Origin: a virus
Taxonomy: Duplodnaviria; Caudoviricetes
Direction: 5' to 3' (one strand)
DNA: 64,000 bases
Virus record (IMG/VR): IMGVR_UViG_3300019124_000001
Span: 32,001 to 96,000 of that record
Positions 10,868-21,284 of the stretch are shown piece after piece (within the stretch, counting starts at the first letter, position 1; each line of letters begins with the position of its first letter). Under the pieces are notes generated by a model. It did not search any database, had not been told where the DNA came from, and worked only from the letters and a program-made list of their open reading frames with translations. Both the position numbers and the translations under genes were made by a program.

Positions 10868-11004
10868 TAGAAACGATCTAACCACCCCTTGGGTGGTTTT
10901 TTTGTGCACACTTCATTCAATTGCCTGTTGACAATATGAGTGTTGACGTGATATTCTTATATCAAGAGATGAGTAGTTCGTTACAAAGAGGAGGAATTAC
11001 ATAA

Positions 11005-12252
11005 ATGGAAATGACAGCGGTTGTAACCCGTAAAAATTTGGAATCTCTGGAAGAAAAGATCAACAAATGGAATAAGCGCTCCAAGAAGACGGGTGTATCT
11101 CCAATTGTGCTGAAGGTTCTGGAATCGTGGGTAGAACCTAAAGAGCGCAAGGTGGAAGGCGAAACAGTGACTTATTTAATTCACTGGCGAAAAATCGTAT
11201 TGAATGGCGAACGACCGCAAATCAAAGGGTACCGATTCGTAAGCGCGATTGAACATCTGACCGAAGGTGCAAACATCCTCCGTACTATCGAAGGCGAGGA
11301 GGTTCCAGCGCATTACCGCACGGCACGTGGAAACTGCGATCATTGCAAAATCAATCGTTATCGAAAGCATACGGTAATTATTCAGAAAGCGGAAACAGGC
11401 GAATACATCCAGATCGGAAAGTCTTGTCTGTCAGACTTTCTTCCAAATCAGAATGTCGAAGAGGTAGCCAAATACTTCGAATACCTGTCCACCCTCTCTG
11501 ATGAGCTAAGACGGGTGGATGGCGGCGAACCTGACGAAGACGATGGTTATGAAAGCGGAATGGGTGGAGGTGGAAAACGTGAGTTCTATTTACCAGATTT
11601 CCTAACGGTGTGCGCCGAATTGGTTTTGCGAGGTGGCTACACAAAAGCATCAAAAGAAGGATACGATTTTCGATTGTCAACAGGCGATAGGGCATGGAAC
11701 TTTTTGGTAGATAAGAGCGACTACAACAAGCCTTCTAAAGACCCGTTGGAAATTACAAAGTTTAATCCTCTTAACAAAGAAATGAGTCAAGAGTTCGGTG
11801 AAAGGGTTCTTAAATGGGTGTTAACGCTTGACGGTAATAATGACTTGAGCGAATATGAACACAACATTTTGACAATCGCTAAATACCAAGCTGTAGAATG
11901 GAAGAACCGAAACATAGCGGCTTCCATGTTTGCCGCATATCAACGGGCGCAAGATCGACTGCAAGATATGAAAGAGGAGGATAGAAAGGCGAACACAAGC
12001 GAACACATCGGACAACCGAAAGAACGAATTGCAATCAAAAATGCTAAAGTAGTTAAGATCGTTAAAAACGAAGGAACCTATGGAGTAAGTCACATTCACA
12101 CAATTGAGGACGAGAAGGGTAATGTGTTCGTATGGTTCTGCACAGGGATTCCATTGGAGGAGGGTGCTATATACGATGAACTAAGGGGCACAGTCAAAAA
12201 GCATGTCGAGTTTAGGGGTATAAAACAAACCGTGCTATCAAGAGTCTCTTAG
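11005..12252 (+). CDS. Conserved large-phage protein with CDHC/GxSC zinc site and C-terminal OB-fold-like domain
   Basis: CDHCKINR.R, QIGKSCL.DF, GTVKKH.EFRG.KQTVLSR. Confidence 0.7.
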   Translation: MEMTAVVTRKNLESLEEKINKWNKRSKKTGVSPIVLKVLESWVEPKERKVEGETVTYLIHWRKIVLNGERPQIKGYRFVSAIEHLTEGANILRTIEGEEVPAHYRTARGNCDHCKINRYRKHTVIIQKAETGEYIQIGKSCLSDFLPNQNVEEVAKYFEYLSTLSDELRRVDGGEPDEDDGYESGMGGGGKREFYLPDFLTVCAELVLRGGYTKASKEGYDFRLSTGDRAWNFLVDKSDYNKPSKDPLEITKFNPLNKEMSQEFGERVLKWVLTLDGNNDLSEYEHNILTIAKYQAVEWKNRNIAASMFAAYQRAQDRLQDMKEEDRKANTSEHIGQPKERIAIKNAKVVKIVKNEGTYGVSHIHTIEDEKGNVFVWFCTGIPLEEGAIYDELRGTVKKHVEFRGIKQTVLSRVS

Positions 12253-12408
12253 AACTACCTTAACAGGTAGTTCTTTTTGTCTTATTTTGTCGATAAGTAT
12301 ATTCGCGAAATTGCTTGAAAACCGTTGACTAATGTTTGCATATGGTATATACTAGCATTGTAAGGAGTTTACGGATAACAAAAGACTAATAAATGGAGGG
12401 TTTACAAA

Positions 12409-12861
12409 ATGAAAAAATTCGTGGCTGGTCTGATCGTTGGTGTGCTGATGATGTGCGGCAACTCTGCATTTGCAAGCTCCATCGTCAAAGAGCTTCAGAT
12501 TGTTGTTGATGGTTCCGATAAGACGATTCATTCGATGGAGTACGATGATCGAAACTTCGTGGCTATTCGCGATATTGTTTCGGCAACTGGCGGCAATGTT
12601 AGAGTAGAAAACGGCAAGATCAATGTACTGACTGGCAAGTTCATCAATGACATGGTAGGGAAACAAGTTAGAGTCAAGGTCAAGCAAGATGTAAACGGCT
12701 TTGATGTGGATACAAGCCAAGTATACACCGTAACCAATATCAACAACTTTAACGCAATTTATGGGAACTTCCCCACAAACTATTGGAAGGGCGCAACAGC
12801 GTTCATCACTGTTGGAAACAAACACTTGCTAAACCCTTTCGATGTTGAAATGGTGAAGTAA
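12409..12861 (+). CDS. Secreted protein with copper amine oxidase N-terminal (stalk)-like domain
   Basis: Signal peptide ending AFA; Y.DRNFVAIRDIVSA.GG.V motif. Confidence 0.65.
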   Translation: MKKFVAGLIVGVLMMCGNSAFASSIVKELQIVVDGSDKTIHSMEYDDRNFVAIRDIVSATGGNVRVENGKINVLTGKFINDMVGKQVRVKVKQDVNGFDVDTSQVYTVTNINNFNAIYGNFPTNYWKGATAFITVGNKHLLNPFDVEMVK

Positions 12862-13500
12862 AATACATCTAAACAAAAACCACCTTCGTCGGGTGGTTTT
12901 TTTGTTTGGATGTAAGTGATAGGAGTAGCTTGCAGGACATCCTCTGTGGCGCTCTCGTTGATATGTGTGATCGTTTCTACGGCTGTTTGATAGCCTAGCG
13001 CATACTCACGAGTTTTGGGCGATATGCTGAACCTAAAACGCTATAAGATGTTATTGACTGCTGTTTTATTATGTGTTAGCATTGATATGCGGTAAGGGTT
13101 TCATCATATAGCCCCATATGTGGCGCATAATGGGGCAACAATTATTTGGATGGTGTTAATGTTGTTTAACACTAAAACACCAAGAATACGAAGGGCATAA
13201 AATACTTGAACATCTAAATAATACCTTAGAATACATTAATTCTATGTAAATCAACGGTAGCCTTGTCTCATTTTGTAGTTGACAACCATACCGAATTTTG
13301 GTAAGATGAAAGTAGAAACGCATTACATAGTGGAGGGAGAATCATTTGCACATGCAAGCCAAAATCATTAACGAAAATCTCTTTCGTCTGCCCATCGGTA
13401 TGGTACTAGAAGTTGAGTCCTATGATTCCGTAGCTGTTTACTGTGAACACGAAGGCAAAACCCTTCTCTTCATCAGAGACGAAGAAGTCGAATTAAAGGG

Positions 13501-13905
13501 GTGAAGTTAATGAGCATTGAAGAACGCTACTTTAGGTGCTATGACCGAGAGGGCAATCTTGTGGGTATCGTTGGGGGCTTTACAATTTACGATGCTATCC
13601 ATCAACTTCAACCGCAACCTTGGGGAACGTTTGCTTCTGTTGTTGAAATTGATATTTCAAAACTAGAATCTTTAAGCCCCATGACCATCTTCAATTCAAC
13701 ACAAGACCAAATGATAAATGCACTTAACACGACTGGCATGATTGTGCTGAAAGGCGACGACAATCGTGTTATGGTTTATCGTGGTGTAAAAAAGTTTCAA
13801 GTAGTTGGGAGAGACTTTCGAATTACTCACCAAACGACCGAACAAGCAGTAGAATGTGCTGTTGCTAAGATGCAGGGCAATTTGGAGTGGAAAGCCGTCC
13901 AATAG
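13501..13905 (+). CDS. Hypothetical protein
   Basis: ORF followed by terminator. Confidence 0.65.
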   Translation: MKLMSIEERYFRCYDREGNLVGIVGGFTIYDAIHQLQPQPWGTFASVVEIDISKLESLSPMTIFNSTQDQMINALNTTGMIVLKGDDNRVMVYRGVKKFQVVGRDFRITHQTTEQAVECAVAKMQGNLEWKAVQ

Positions 13906-14021
13906 TGTAACAGTAGCCACCCACAAAAAGGGTGGTTATATTTTTGTATCAGGGTGTTGACATGTGTCGATAATTGTCCTATAATTTTGGGTAGTAGGAC
14001 AAATTACATAAGACAAGGAGA

Positions 14022-14558
14022 ATGAATGTGTTCAAAGGTATCATCAATGCAATTGACGGATTGACCAACCAATTAGCCGAGTTTAACAAACTCGAAAGAG
14101 AAAGGAGAGCCGCCGACCAAAGGAATTTTGAAGTTTTGAAAGAAACTATAGAATCTCAACAGCGCCAAATCGACCTCCTTAACTTCCAGTTGAAAGAGAT
14201 TAAAGCTGGAATTAACAATCCGCAAGTTTTGGAGGTTTTTAGTAACCAAAAAATACAAGATCAACAAGATCAGAAAGAGCATCAAAAAAGCAAGTACGAA
14301 TGGGTTCACGTCCCCACGAATCGCAGAGGGGACATTATGTGGTCTTCTAGCGATATGACGAGAGAACAAGTCGAAAATCAGGTCTTATACGAACTAGAAG
14401 CGATTCATGGAGTAGATATTTCTTTGGGGAGAAACTTGGATACCAGTCTCTATACTCAGATCAAGTCTCACAACAAGGGGATATCTTGGGGCGAGATCGT
14501 TGAACGTGCACGTCAAAATGCTATCAAAGTCGAAACAGTGTCGGTGATTCAAGAATGA
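14022..14558 (+). CDS. Coiled-coil hypothetical protein
   Basis: Promoter, AATTACATA, AAGGAG RBS. Confidence 0.7.
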   Translation: MNVFKGIINAIDGLTNQLAEFNKLERERRAADQRNFEVLKETIESQQRQIDLLNFQLKEIKAGINNPQVLEVFSNQKIQDQQDQKEHQKSKYEWVHVPTNRRGDIMWSSSDMTREQVENQVLYELEAIHGVDISLGRNLDTSLYTQIKSHNKGISWGEIVERARQNAIKVETVSVIQE

Positions 14559-14815
14559 ACAACTTGAAAGGAAAAAAGTTTGGAAGATTAACCGTTCTTT
14601 CGAAAGGAGAAGGGAAGTCATTCTGGAAGTGTGAATGCAAATGTGGCAACATTGTTACCGTGAGAAGCGACAATCTGCGAAGCGGCAGAAGTCAAAGTTG
14701 TGGATGCTTACGTAAACGATCAAGAACTGGCAATGTCTTAATTGTTGAGCGAGATGAAGATGAAATACCCACAGTGTTACAAATGGATGGACGCAAATAT
14801 CGGTTAGTGAATTGA
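14555..14815 (+). CDS. Zinc-binding module typical of phage HNH/AP2 endonuclease N-termini, no nuclease domain
   Basis: GKKFGRLTV...WKCECKCGN...L.SG.S.SCGC. Confidence 0.7.
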   Translation: MNNLKGKKFGRLTVLSKGEGKSFWKCECKCGNIVTVRSDNLRSGRSQSCGCLRKRSRTGNVLIVERDEDEIPTVLQMDGRKYRLVN

Positions 14816-14867
14816 GCGAAATTACTTAGCATGACTCATGACATCATGTTAATGGAGGGTTCATTCC

Positions 14868-15173
14868 TTGAATGTTGAAGCAGACAACTCTAAAAGCGTA
14901 GCACAGCTTAAAGAGGAATTGCAACAGCTAGTGCTATTGCTTGCTTCAAAAGATGTAACCAGAAAGGAAATTGTTGACCTTGCAAGAGGTGCATACAACA
15001 AAGGGAACTGTTCAGTCGATGGTTGCGAAAGACCTGCCCGAACAGGTGGTTTATGTAGCGCTTGCTATCAATATTTTAGAAGGCACGGAACACTAGTTCG
15101 TATTCGCAGACGAGCTTCGAATCGTTCTGTAGGAACGTGCCCACATAAAACAAATAAGGGGATGAAAATATGA
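14868..15173 (+). CDS. Hypothetical protein with CSVDGC...GLC..CY zinc finger
   Basis: Motif; GGAGG RBS. Confidence 0.6.
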   Translation: MNVEADNSKSVAQLKEELQQLVLLLASKDVTRKEIVDLARGAYNKGNCSVDGCERPARTGGLCSACYQYFRRHGTLVRIRRRASNRSVGTCPHKTNKGMKI

Positions 15174-15357
15174 CCAAGAAGCAGGACTGGATACTTACAG
15201 CTATAACACTGCTGGCACTACTCGTTGTCGTTGGCTTGGAAGTTCGCCATCAAATCATAACCTTTTACAGCTAAAGAAAATCCTCCAATTGCGAATTGAC
15301 AATTGGAGGATTTTCTTGTATACTAAAAATAGATCAATTACATAAAGGTGTGATGAC

Positions 15358-15585
15358 GTGACACGAGAAGAGTTTTTGGAGTCTAGAGGATGGAAACTAA
15401 CCTTCGATGCACCAACAATGAAAAAGTGGGACTTATTTACTGAATTCACGCATTATGAACTCTATGCTCACTTTCCAGACGATGGCGATAAGCCTTATTG
15501 CAACCTGTATTACACGTCTGGCGACGATTGCTTCGTGTTCTCGTGGCGAAATATGAAATCAATGATCGAGAAGTTGACAACATAA
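15358..15585 (+). CDS. Hypothetical protein
   Basis: Hairpin-embedded promoter, AATTACATA leader. Confidence 0.65.
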   Translation: MTREEFLESRGWKLTFDAPTMKKWDLFTEFTHYELYAHFPDDGDKPYCNLYYTSGDDCFVFSWRNMKSMIEKLTT

Positions 15586-15592
15586 GGAGGAA

Positions 15593-15805
15593 ATGCTTTT
15601 GCATAAACACACTCGAAAGCATATCATGCGCGTAGCAAAATGGATTTCCATGATTTCGTTTTTCGCATTTCTATTGACTACTGGCATTATAATCTATTTC
15701 GACAACACGACAAATAAATTCTTGGAACTCGTATTCATGTTATCAATAGGAATATGTTGGTGGAGTGCGTCAATTTACGATACAAATGCAATGCAAAAAG
15801 ATTGA
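15593..15805 (+). CDS. Small two-TM membrane protein
   Basis: AAGGAGG RBS; hydrophobic segments. Confidence 0.6.
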   Translation: MLLHKHTRKHIMRVAKWISMISFFAFLLTTGIIIYFDNTTNKFLELVFMLSIGICWWSASIYDTNAMQKD

Positions 15806-15888
15806 TGCAAATGCGGTTATATAGAAGGAAGTGTAGTCAATATGTTGTTGACATATTGTTAGCTCTATGCTAAAATTAATGCAAGGAG

Positions 15889-16131
15889 GTGAGTTCGACA
15901 ATGTACATCACTGTAGTTAAAGGAATATTGACAGGTCGAATCGGAAGCGATTCGACGAACAGAGCCACGGATAAGGTTCATGTAGTTGCTAGAAGTGGTA
16001 ATGAGACTGTGTGCGGAATTAAACTCAAAAACAGCAAATCTCTAGGATTTCCAGAGATAGCAGAATCGAAAGAGGTAAATTGCAAGCGCTGTAAATCGTC
16101 TTACTATGGAGACTTGGCAATAGAGATTTAA
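15889..16131 (+). CDS. Hypothetical protein (H...CG...CKRC zinc motif)
   Basis: Promoter and RBS. Confidence 0.6.
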   Translation: MSSTMYITVVKGILTGRIGSDSTNRATDKVHVVARSGNETVCGIKLKNSKSLGFPEIAESKEVNCKRCKSSYYGDLAIEI

Positions 16132-16172
16132 TGCTAAGTTATCTACGAATTACATAATCGGGAGGTTATTAT

Positions 16173-16430
16173 ATGGGCAGTATGAAGTTTAATGAGGAAT
16201 GTTGCTGTCAAGAAGAACCGAAGTCAATCGGAAGATACGAGGGCATCAATCGCACATTTTTCATCTATGCAAAATCGAATGAAGGCACATTTGGAGCCAT
16301 TCTCGTAGGCGCAAGTTACGAAGAAGCGGAATGGCTCCAATGGAGCCTGTCTGAAGCTGGTAAGAGCGTATGCGCTGACAATGGTAGAGACGATGAAATG
16401 ATTTACGAAGACGAAATCGTTTGGACTTAA
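16173..16430 (+). CDS. Hypothetical protein
   Basis: AATTACATA-GGGAGG leader. Confidence 0.65.
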   Translation: MGSMKFNEECCCQEEPKSIGRYEGINRTFFIYAKSNEGTFGAILVGASYEEAEWLQWSLSEAGKSVCADNGRDDEMIYEDEIVWT

Positions 16431-16518
16431 AACAAAATGTGGCATTGTCTATTGACAATTGCCACATTTTGTTTTATAATAATGGTAGATCGAATTACAT
16501 AATGAGAGGGCAGATATT

Positions 16519-16719
16519 ATGTCTTGGAAAAATGAGAAGCAAAATTATATTAATCTTGGAGGAGGTAACGGTTGGAAAGAAATTAAACTCTGTCCTTTAA
16601 TTTTCGAAAAAGCTCTCTCTGAAGAGGAAGTTGAATTGTTTTGGTCTTTCGTAAAAAGGGTTCAACAGAAGGAAGCAGAAATCTATGGCGATGATTCAGA
16701 AGGCTATGGATATCTGTAA
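16519..16719 (+). CDS. Hypothetical protein
   Basis: First gene of a small-ORF array. Confidence 0.6.
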   Translation: MSWKNEKQNYINLGGGNGWKEIKLCPLIFEKALSEEEVELFWSFVKRVQQKEAEIYGDDSEGYGYL

Positions 16720-16937
16720 ATGAAATGTTGGTTTTATTTAGAAAGGGAGTTGATGTTATGTGGTACTGGAAAGCAAAAACAAAGGATGGTCAAGAGTTGT
16801 GTGGTCATTGTGAAGATTATAACGGCGCTTTAGATACTTGTTTGGCAGAAAATCCACAATACAAAGATGAGGACATTATTCAAATTGAAGTTTTGGAAGA
16901 CTAAATGAAACGTTGATTTCATAATAAAGGAGGGATA

Positions 16938-17123
16938 TTGATGTTTACGCTATTCGAGGTGGATGGAGCAAGCAAGTGGTATAGAACTGACGATGATATT
17001 TACAATGTCCTCGAACGACAAGATGGAGTATTCTTAATTTACAAATTGCGAGAAAATGAATACATCTATACAGGAATTAAATATCACTCGTTGCAAGAAT
17101 GCGAAAATGCAATAAAAGGTTAG
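16938..17123 (+). CDS. Hypothetical protein
   Basis: AAGGAGG RBS. Confidence 0.55.
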   Translation: MMFTLFEVDGASKWYRTDDDIYNVLERQDGVFLIYKLRENEYIYTGIKYHSLQECENAIKG

Positions 17124-17374
17124 ATTCGCAGAAAGGAGGTGGGTGCAAAATGATCGCATTATCTTTCATTGTGTATTTGGCATCGCTGTACTTTGGTTAC
17201 AAACTAATGAAAACGGATAGCAATAAAATACTTAACCAAAAGGATAAAATACTTATTTCTATATGGTTTACTATATTCATCGTATCTCAGGTTATTTGGA
17301 TCGGAGGAGTCATGAATGCAATTATGTCGTAAATAAAATTTTACTTCTATAAATACGAAAGGAGTTGAAGTGCA

Positions 17375-17581
17375 ATGTTAAATAGTTTTACTGATAGTAA
17401 AAATCAAAAAGGCACCATTGGATCAAAAGTTTGTCATTGGATGACATTTGGCAAACCCAATGCAGAAGTGAAGGGTGTTATTAGAATTTATAAACGTGGC
17501 AAGGCTGGAACTATGCTTCTGCTGGAAGGAGATCGGACAACGGTTCCAGCAAAGAGTTACACGATTATTAATAAATTTTAG
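17375..17581 (+). CDS. Hypothetical protein
   Basis: AAAGGAG RBS. Confidence 0.55.
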   Translation: MLNSFTDSKNQKGTIGSKVCHWMTFGKPNAEVKGVIRIYKRGKAGTMLLLEGDRTTVPAKSYTIINKF

Positions 17582-17808
17582 TTTCGCAAGGAGTTTTTAA
17601 AGTGGAGAAAAGAAAACGAACATTATGGTGGAAGGCAATTGACAGCAAAGGGGTTACTATCGACCTCTGTATAGCCGAAAACAAAAAAATTGCTGAATAC
17701 GCATTCAAAAGAGCATCAAAGAAGTTTGTAGACAAATACGTTGACTGGAAGGATACCGTGATTCTTTATGAAGATTAATTTAATTCAATAAAAGGGAGTG
17801 TTTGGAAT

Positions 17809-18051
17809 ATGAACAAGTGGACTTTGCGTGATGAACTTATGTGGGCAGGATACAGCTTCGGAGAAGCTACTAGGCTCATCTTGAACGGCAATGTATCAAT
17901 CAACGAAGTGAAATGCAAAAAACCTAAGCAGGAAGTGATCGACGGTAACTTAATTTGGGTAGACAAAAGAAACAAGGTCATTCGACTGACAAATGGAAGA
18001 AAGGTTAAACCCAAGTCCCAACATGAGTCTTGGGTTTCAAGATACATCTAA
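17809..18051 (+). CDS. S4-like RNA-binding domain protein
   Basis: S..EA.RLI.NG.V.IN......P...V..G..I.V.KR pattern as in S4/TyrRS C-terminal domains. Confidence 0.6.
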   Translation: MNKWTLRDELMWAGYSFGEATRLILNGNVSINEVKCKKPKQEVIDGNLIWVDKRNKVIRLTNGRKVKPKSQHESWVSRYI

Positions 18052-18053
18052 GG

Positions 18054-18416
18054 ATGAAACGGAAAATTAATTTATATCTGGACGATCTTCGAGATTGTCC
18101 GCAAGGGTTTGTGGTTGCTAGGAATATCGAAGATGCAATTCGAATATTAAAAGAGTACGAAGTTGACATTCTGACACTTGACCATGACTTAGGAGAGGAC
18201 GAAAACGGAAACCTTCTACCCTCTGGCTATGATCTCGTGAAATACATGTGCGAAAACGGGCTTCGTGCCAACAAAATCTACATGCATACCGATAATAGTG
18301 TAGGTCGTGAAAATATGTATCAAACGTTGCTTGGGGCGCAAAGAAGAGGTTTTATTGATGAAGATATTGAAATTTATTATTATCCCATCACTAAAAACGT
18401 TTACACTGGCTACTGA
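18054..18416 (+). CDS. Cyclic-phosphate-processing receiver-like domain protein
   Basis: LYLDDLR.CP.GF..AR, LDHDLG, GYDLV, HTDN.VGR.NM. Confidence 0.8.
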   Translation: MKRKINLYLDDLRDCPQGFVVARNIEDAIRILKEYEVDILTLDHDLGEDENGNLLPSGYDLVKYMCENGLRANKIYMHTDNSVGRENMYQTLLGAQRRGFIDEDIEIYYYPITKNVYTGY

Positions 18417-18728
18417 TTCGGAAGAAATGAAGGTAATAAAGTTTTAACAAATAACGGATATTGTCAATTGACAATATCCGTTATTTGTTATATACTAGAA
18501 CTATCAACTTAAAAAGGGGGTGAGTTAAATGAAATTTTACAAATCTGATAGAGACGGCAAAATATATGTTAAGTATGATGGCGAATGGTATGTCAGAGGT
18601 GACAACAACATCTGGCATCAAACACTTCTGCCATCTAGCATTGTCGCATTAGAAGATGACGAAGATTTTAAAGCTGATTTTGAAAAATTCATTTATTCTA
18701 ATTAATCATGCATTTGGAGGTGAATTAA

Positions 18729-18935
18729 ATGTGGGACAAATTCTTCGATGAAGAAACGAGCGAAAAAATAGAAGGTCTGAAACGCGCAATTGGCGACTGC
18801 TATTTCCGCATAGCTACTCATCCTGACAACGAAGAGTATCGTCAGCAACAACTAGAGATGGCGAATAAGTACGGCAAGCAGTTGCAGGATGTTATCGAAA
18901 GTTTTCTTAGGAACATAAAAACAGCAAACGACTAA
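18729..18935 (+). CDS. Hypothetical protein
   Basis: GGAGGTG RBS. Confidence 0.6.
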   Translation: MWDKFFDEETSEKIEGLKRAIGDCYFRIATHPDNEEYRQQQLEMANKYGKQLQDVIESFLRNIKTAND

Positions 18936-19010
18936 CAATAAATCCTCTCAATTGTTTGTTGACAATTGAGAGGATTTATTGTATAATTGAATTAGAAAGG
19001 AGGTGCAAAA

Positions 19011-19571
19011 ATGCAGAAAGTTGTATCCGAAATCTCAATTCGCGAAGTATCATTGTTCCTTGGCGATAGAATCAAAGAGATTCGTTCTGAACAGGAAAAG
19101 AGATACGCAAACAACTTTATGGCAAAAGCGATTGGCATGAACAGGGAGACATTGCGCCTAAAGCTGATCGGAGACAGAGAGTTGTATACATACGAATTGG
19201 AAAAGATCGCAAAGTTGTTTAACGTTTCCGTTGATCGAATCTTAGGTACTGACTTACAACAGAAGTACAGATTTCTTTACAACTTCATGAAAAACAACCC
19301 TCTTATTACTGTGTCTCTTGCGCAAGAGTTGGTCAGAGATGCAGTAGGAAGAACAGAACGATTGTTCGCAATGTTTAATTTGACAACATGCTACTACTTA
19401 AATAGCAACTACAATGAAGTGTCTACATGCTTCTTTGATATTCAGAAAATCGTAGGTAATGACGAACATGCTGAATACTTAGGACACTACTACAAGGAGT
19501 TCGTCTCCTCTTTGTTTGCTGGAAACCTGAATTTCTATCAGGTTGCATTAGACATCAGTACACTTAAATAG
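19011..19571 (+). CDS. XRE-type HTH regulator with short TPR-like tail; truncated paralogue of 33679-34704
   Basis: LGDRIKEIR...MAKAIGMNRETL...ELEKIAKLFNVSVDRI; AVGRTE vs AIGITE. Confidence 0.75.
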   Translation: MQKVVSEISIREVSLFLGDRIKEIRSEQEKRYANNFMAKAIGMNRETLRLKLIGDRELYTYELEKIAKLFNVSVDRILGTDLQQKYRFLYNFMKNNPLITVSLAQELVRDAVGRTERLFAMFNLTTCYYLNSNYNEVSTCFFDIQKIVGNDEHAEYLGHYYKEFVSSLFAGNLNFYQVALDISTLK

Positions 19572-19608
19572 TAATTCATGTTCAATTACATAGAAACGGA
19601 GCGAAGAC

Positions 19609-19932
19609 ATGCCAAAAAGAACAACTCCACAATGGCACTACCCAACACCTGAAGGTTGGCACTACAATCCTACGTTCGGGGTGTTTCAAAAGTGCCACGA
19701 TAAACGATTCGTCTACATTACCCGCATGATCGGATTTTACATGCTTCAAATCTACGACAGAGGACGCACCATTGGTCACTGTGGTTTGGAAGCCAGAAGT
19801 CGAAAACGTGATTTTGACGCACTTGTAAAACTAGGAGAAGAGTGGTTGGAGAAGTATGGAGACGGAAAGCCCTATGATGTCAAGGAGGGCGAACTGTTTT
19901 CTCTGTGGAGTGGTAATTGGTATATCGACTAA
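19609..19932 (+). CDS. Hypothetical protein
   Basis: AATTACATA leader. Confidence 0.6.
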   Translation: MPKRTTPQWHYPTPEGWHYNPTFGVFQKCHDKRFVYITRMIGFYMLQIYDRGRTIGHCGLEARSRKRDFDALVKLGEEWLEKYGDGKPYDVKEGELFSLWSGNWYID

Positions 19933-19964
19933 GGGGGCGATATTATGAAAGGAGGTGAATAGCT

Positions 19965-20480
19965 TTGATCTTTTGGACTGTCCAACGCAAGCAAGCATGG
20001 GAACAGTTTCAGCTAAATGGTACGATGAGCGGCAACAGGTCTTTTATGGACGATTGGTGGGCAACTAAGTATCAATGGATGATGGAGCAAATGCGTAAGC
20101 GTATTAAAGGTTATGGTGGGAAATACCCTGTTTGGGTATGGACTGAAAGACCAGACCTAAGACAAAGTGCGCTCTTGTCGCGTGGCACGGAAGGAGTTCT
20201 TTTAAAATTGGAACTTCCTCCCGAAAAAGTTTTATTGTCAGATTTTGACGCATGGCATATCGTTCTCAATGAAGGATATGTGGGCTTGTCTGAACAAGAA
20301 TTAGACTTATACTATAATGACAAAGAAACTCCAATTACAGCACAAGAATCTTGGGAGAGAATCTTTGACCTTCAGGCTGTAAGATGGGATTCCGAATGTG
20401 GTGAATATCAGACACAAGGAGTTGTTGAAGAAATTAAATTGTCTCAAGTATTACATGTGAAACCTTTTATAGCTCGATAA
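19965..20480 (+). CDS. DUF3841-family protein
   Basis: WTVQ, Y.WM..QM, YPVWVW..RPDLR, VLLSDFDAWH.VLN, SWERIFD. Confidence 0.75.
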   Translation: MIFWTVQRKQAWEQFQLNGTMSGNRSFMDDWWATKYQWMMEQMRKRIKGYGGKYPVWVWTERPDLRQSALLSRGTEGVLLKLELPPEKVLLSDFDAWHIVLNEGYVGLSEQELDLYYNDKETPITAQESWERIFDLQAVRWDSECGEYQTQGVVEEIKLSQVLHVKPFIAR

Positions 20481-20562
20481 TAGCAAAAACCGTGCAATTC
20501 TTGTTGACAAGTTGCACGGTTTTTGCTATTATTTAAATGCAAGATAATTACATATTGGAGGT

Positions 20563-20976
20563 ATGAGAATGCTTCAAATTGGTACAAAAGAAGATCAGAT
20601 GGGTGACATTTTGTTTGGCTTCAGTCACTACAATCGCTCTTGGTTCAGAATGGACAATCACAATTGGAAAGACGAGGTGATGCTTAGGCTCTATAAATCT
20701 GACGGAAGTGTCGTTGGAGAAATGGCTATGCGTTGGTATGTTGTGGAGGGCAAGTTGTCGGCTCGATTGGAAGTCTACCATGATGCATGGCATGTATTAC
20801 CACGAATCGGCAAGCTGATAGAAAAACTTGCAACGCTTCACAAAAAAGGAATTGATCCCGAAGAGTTTTGCGAATTACTGAAAGAATGCGGCTTCGAAGA
20901 TTTAACATTGACCAAAAAGCCTGATTTAAGGAGGATTGAAAATGCTTTATCGAATAACCCTTACAACCAAGGATGA
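20563..20976 (+). CDS. Hypothetical phage protein
   Basis: Promoter, leader and RBS. Confidence 0.7.
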   Translation: MRMLQIGTKEDQMGDILFGFSHYNRSWFRMDNHNWKDEVMLRLYKSDGSVVGEMAMRWYVVEGKLSARLEVYHDAWHVLPRIGKLIEKLATLHKKGIDPEEFCELLKECGFEDLTLTKKPDLRRIENALSNNPYNQG

Positions 20977-21202
20977 TGAACGGTTGGTAGTCATCAAGAA
21001 ACAATTAGGGAGATATGCAACCGATGTAGCTGTATATCACGGATTCTTGGCTACGCCTGTAGCGATTTACGATAACCACAGAGACGATCTCGACATGGGG
21101 AAATACGAAGTAACCAAACAACAGTTCGTCAGGATTTTAAAAAACGCAAGCGAACAAGGGATATTGAACAAGGTTCCAAAGAAACAAGAAACCACCCAAT
21201 AA
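20936..21202 (+). CDS. Hypothetical protein
   Basis: AAGGAGG RBS, terminator. Confidence 0.6.
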   Translation: MKMLYRITLTTKDDERLVVIKKQLGRYATDVAVYHGFLATPVAIYDNHRDDLDMGKYEVTKQQFVRILKNASEQGILNKVPKKQETTQ

Positions 21203-21284
21203 TTTTGGGTGGTTTTTCAATTACCTGTTGACAAATTAGATGTCAGGTGCTATGATATATACAAGAGGTTAATCGAAAACAGGA

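Noticed and set aside
14555-14815. Mobile HNH homing endonuclease
   Set aside because: Only the N-terminal zinc module is present; no HNH catalytic motif
15088-15100. Second GAAC-N4-GTTC LexA-like box
   Set aside because: Lies inside a CDS with no nearby promoter; likely chance
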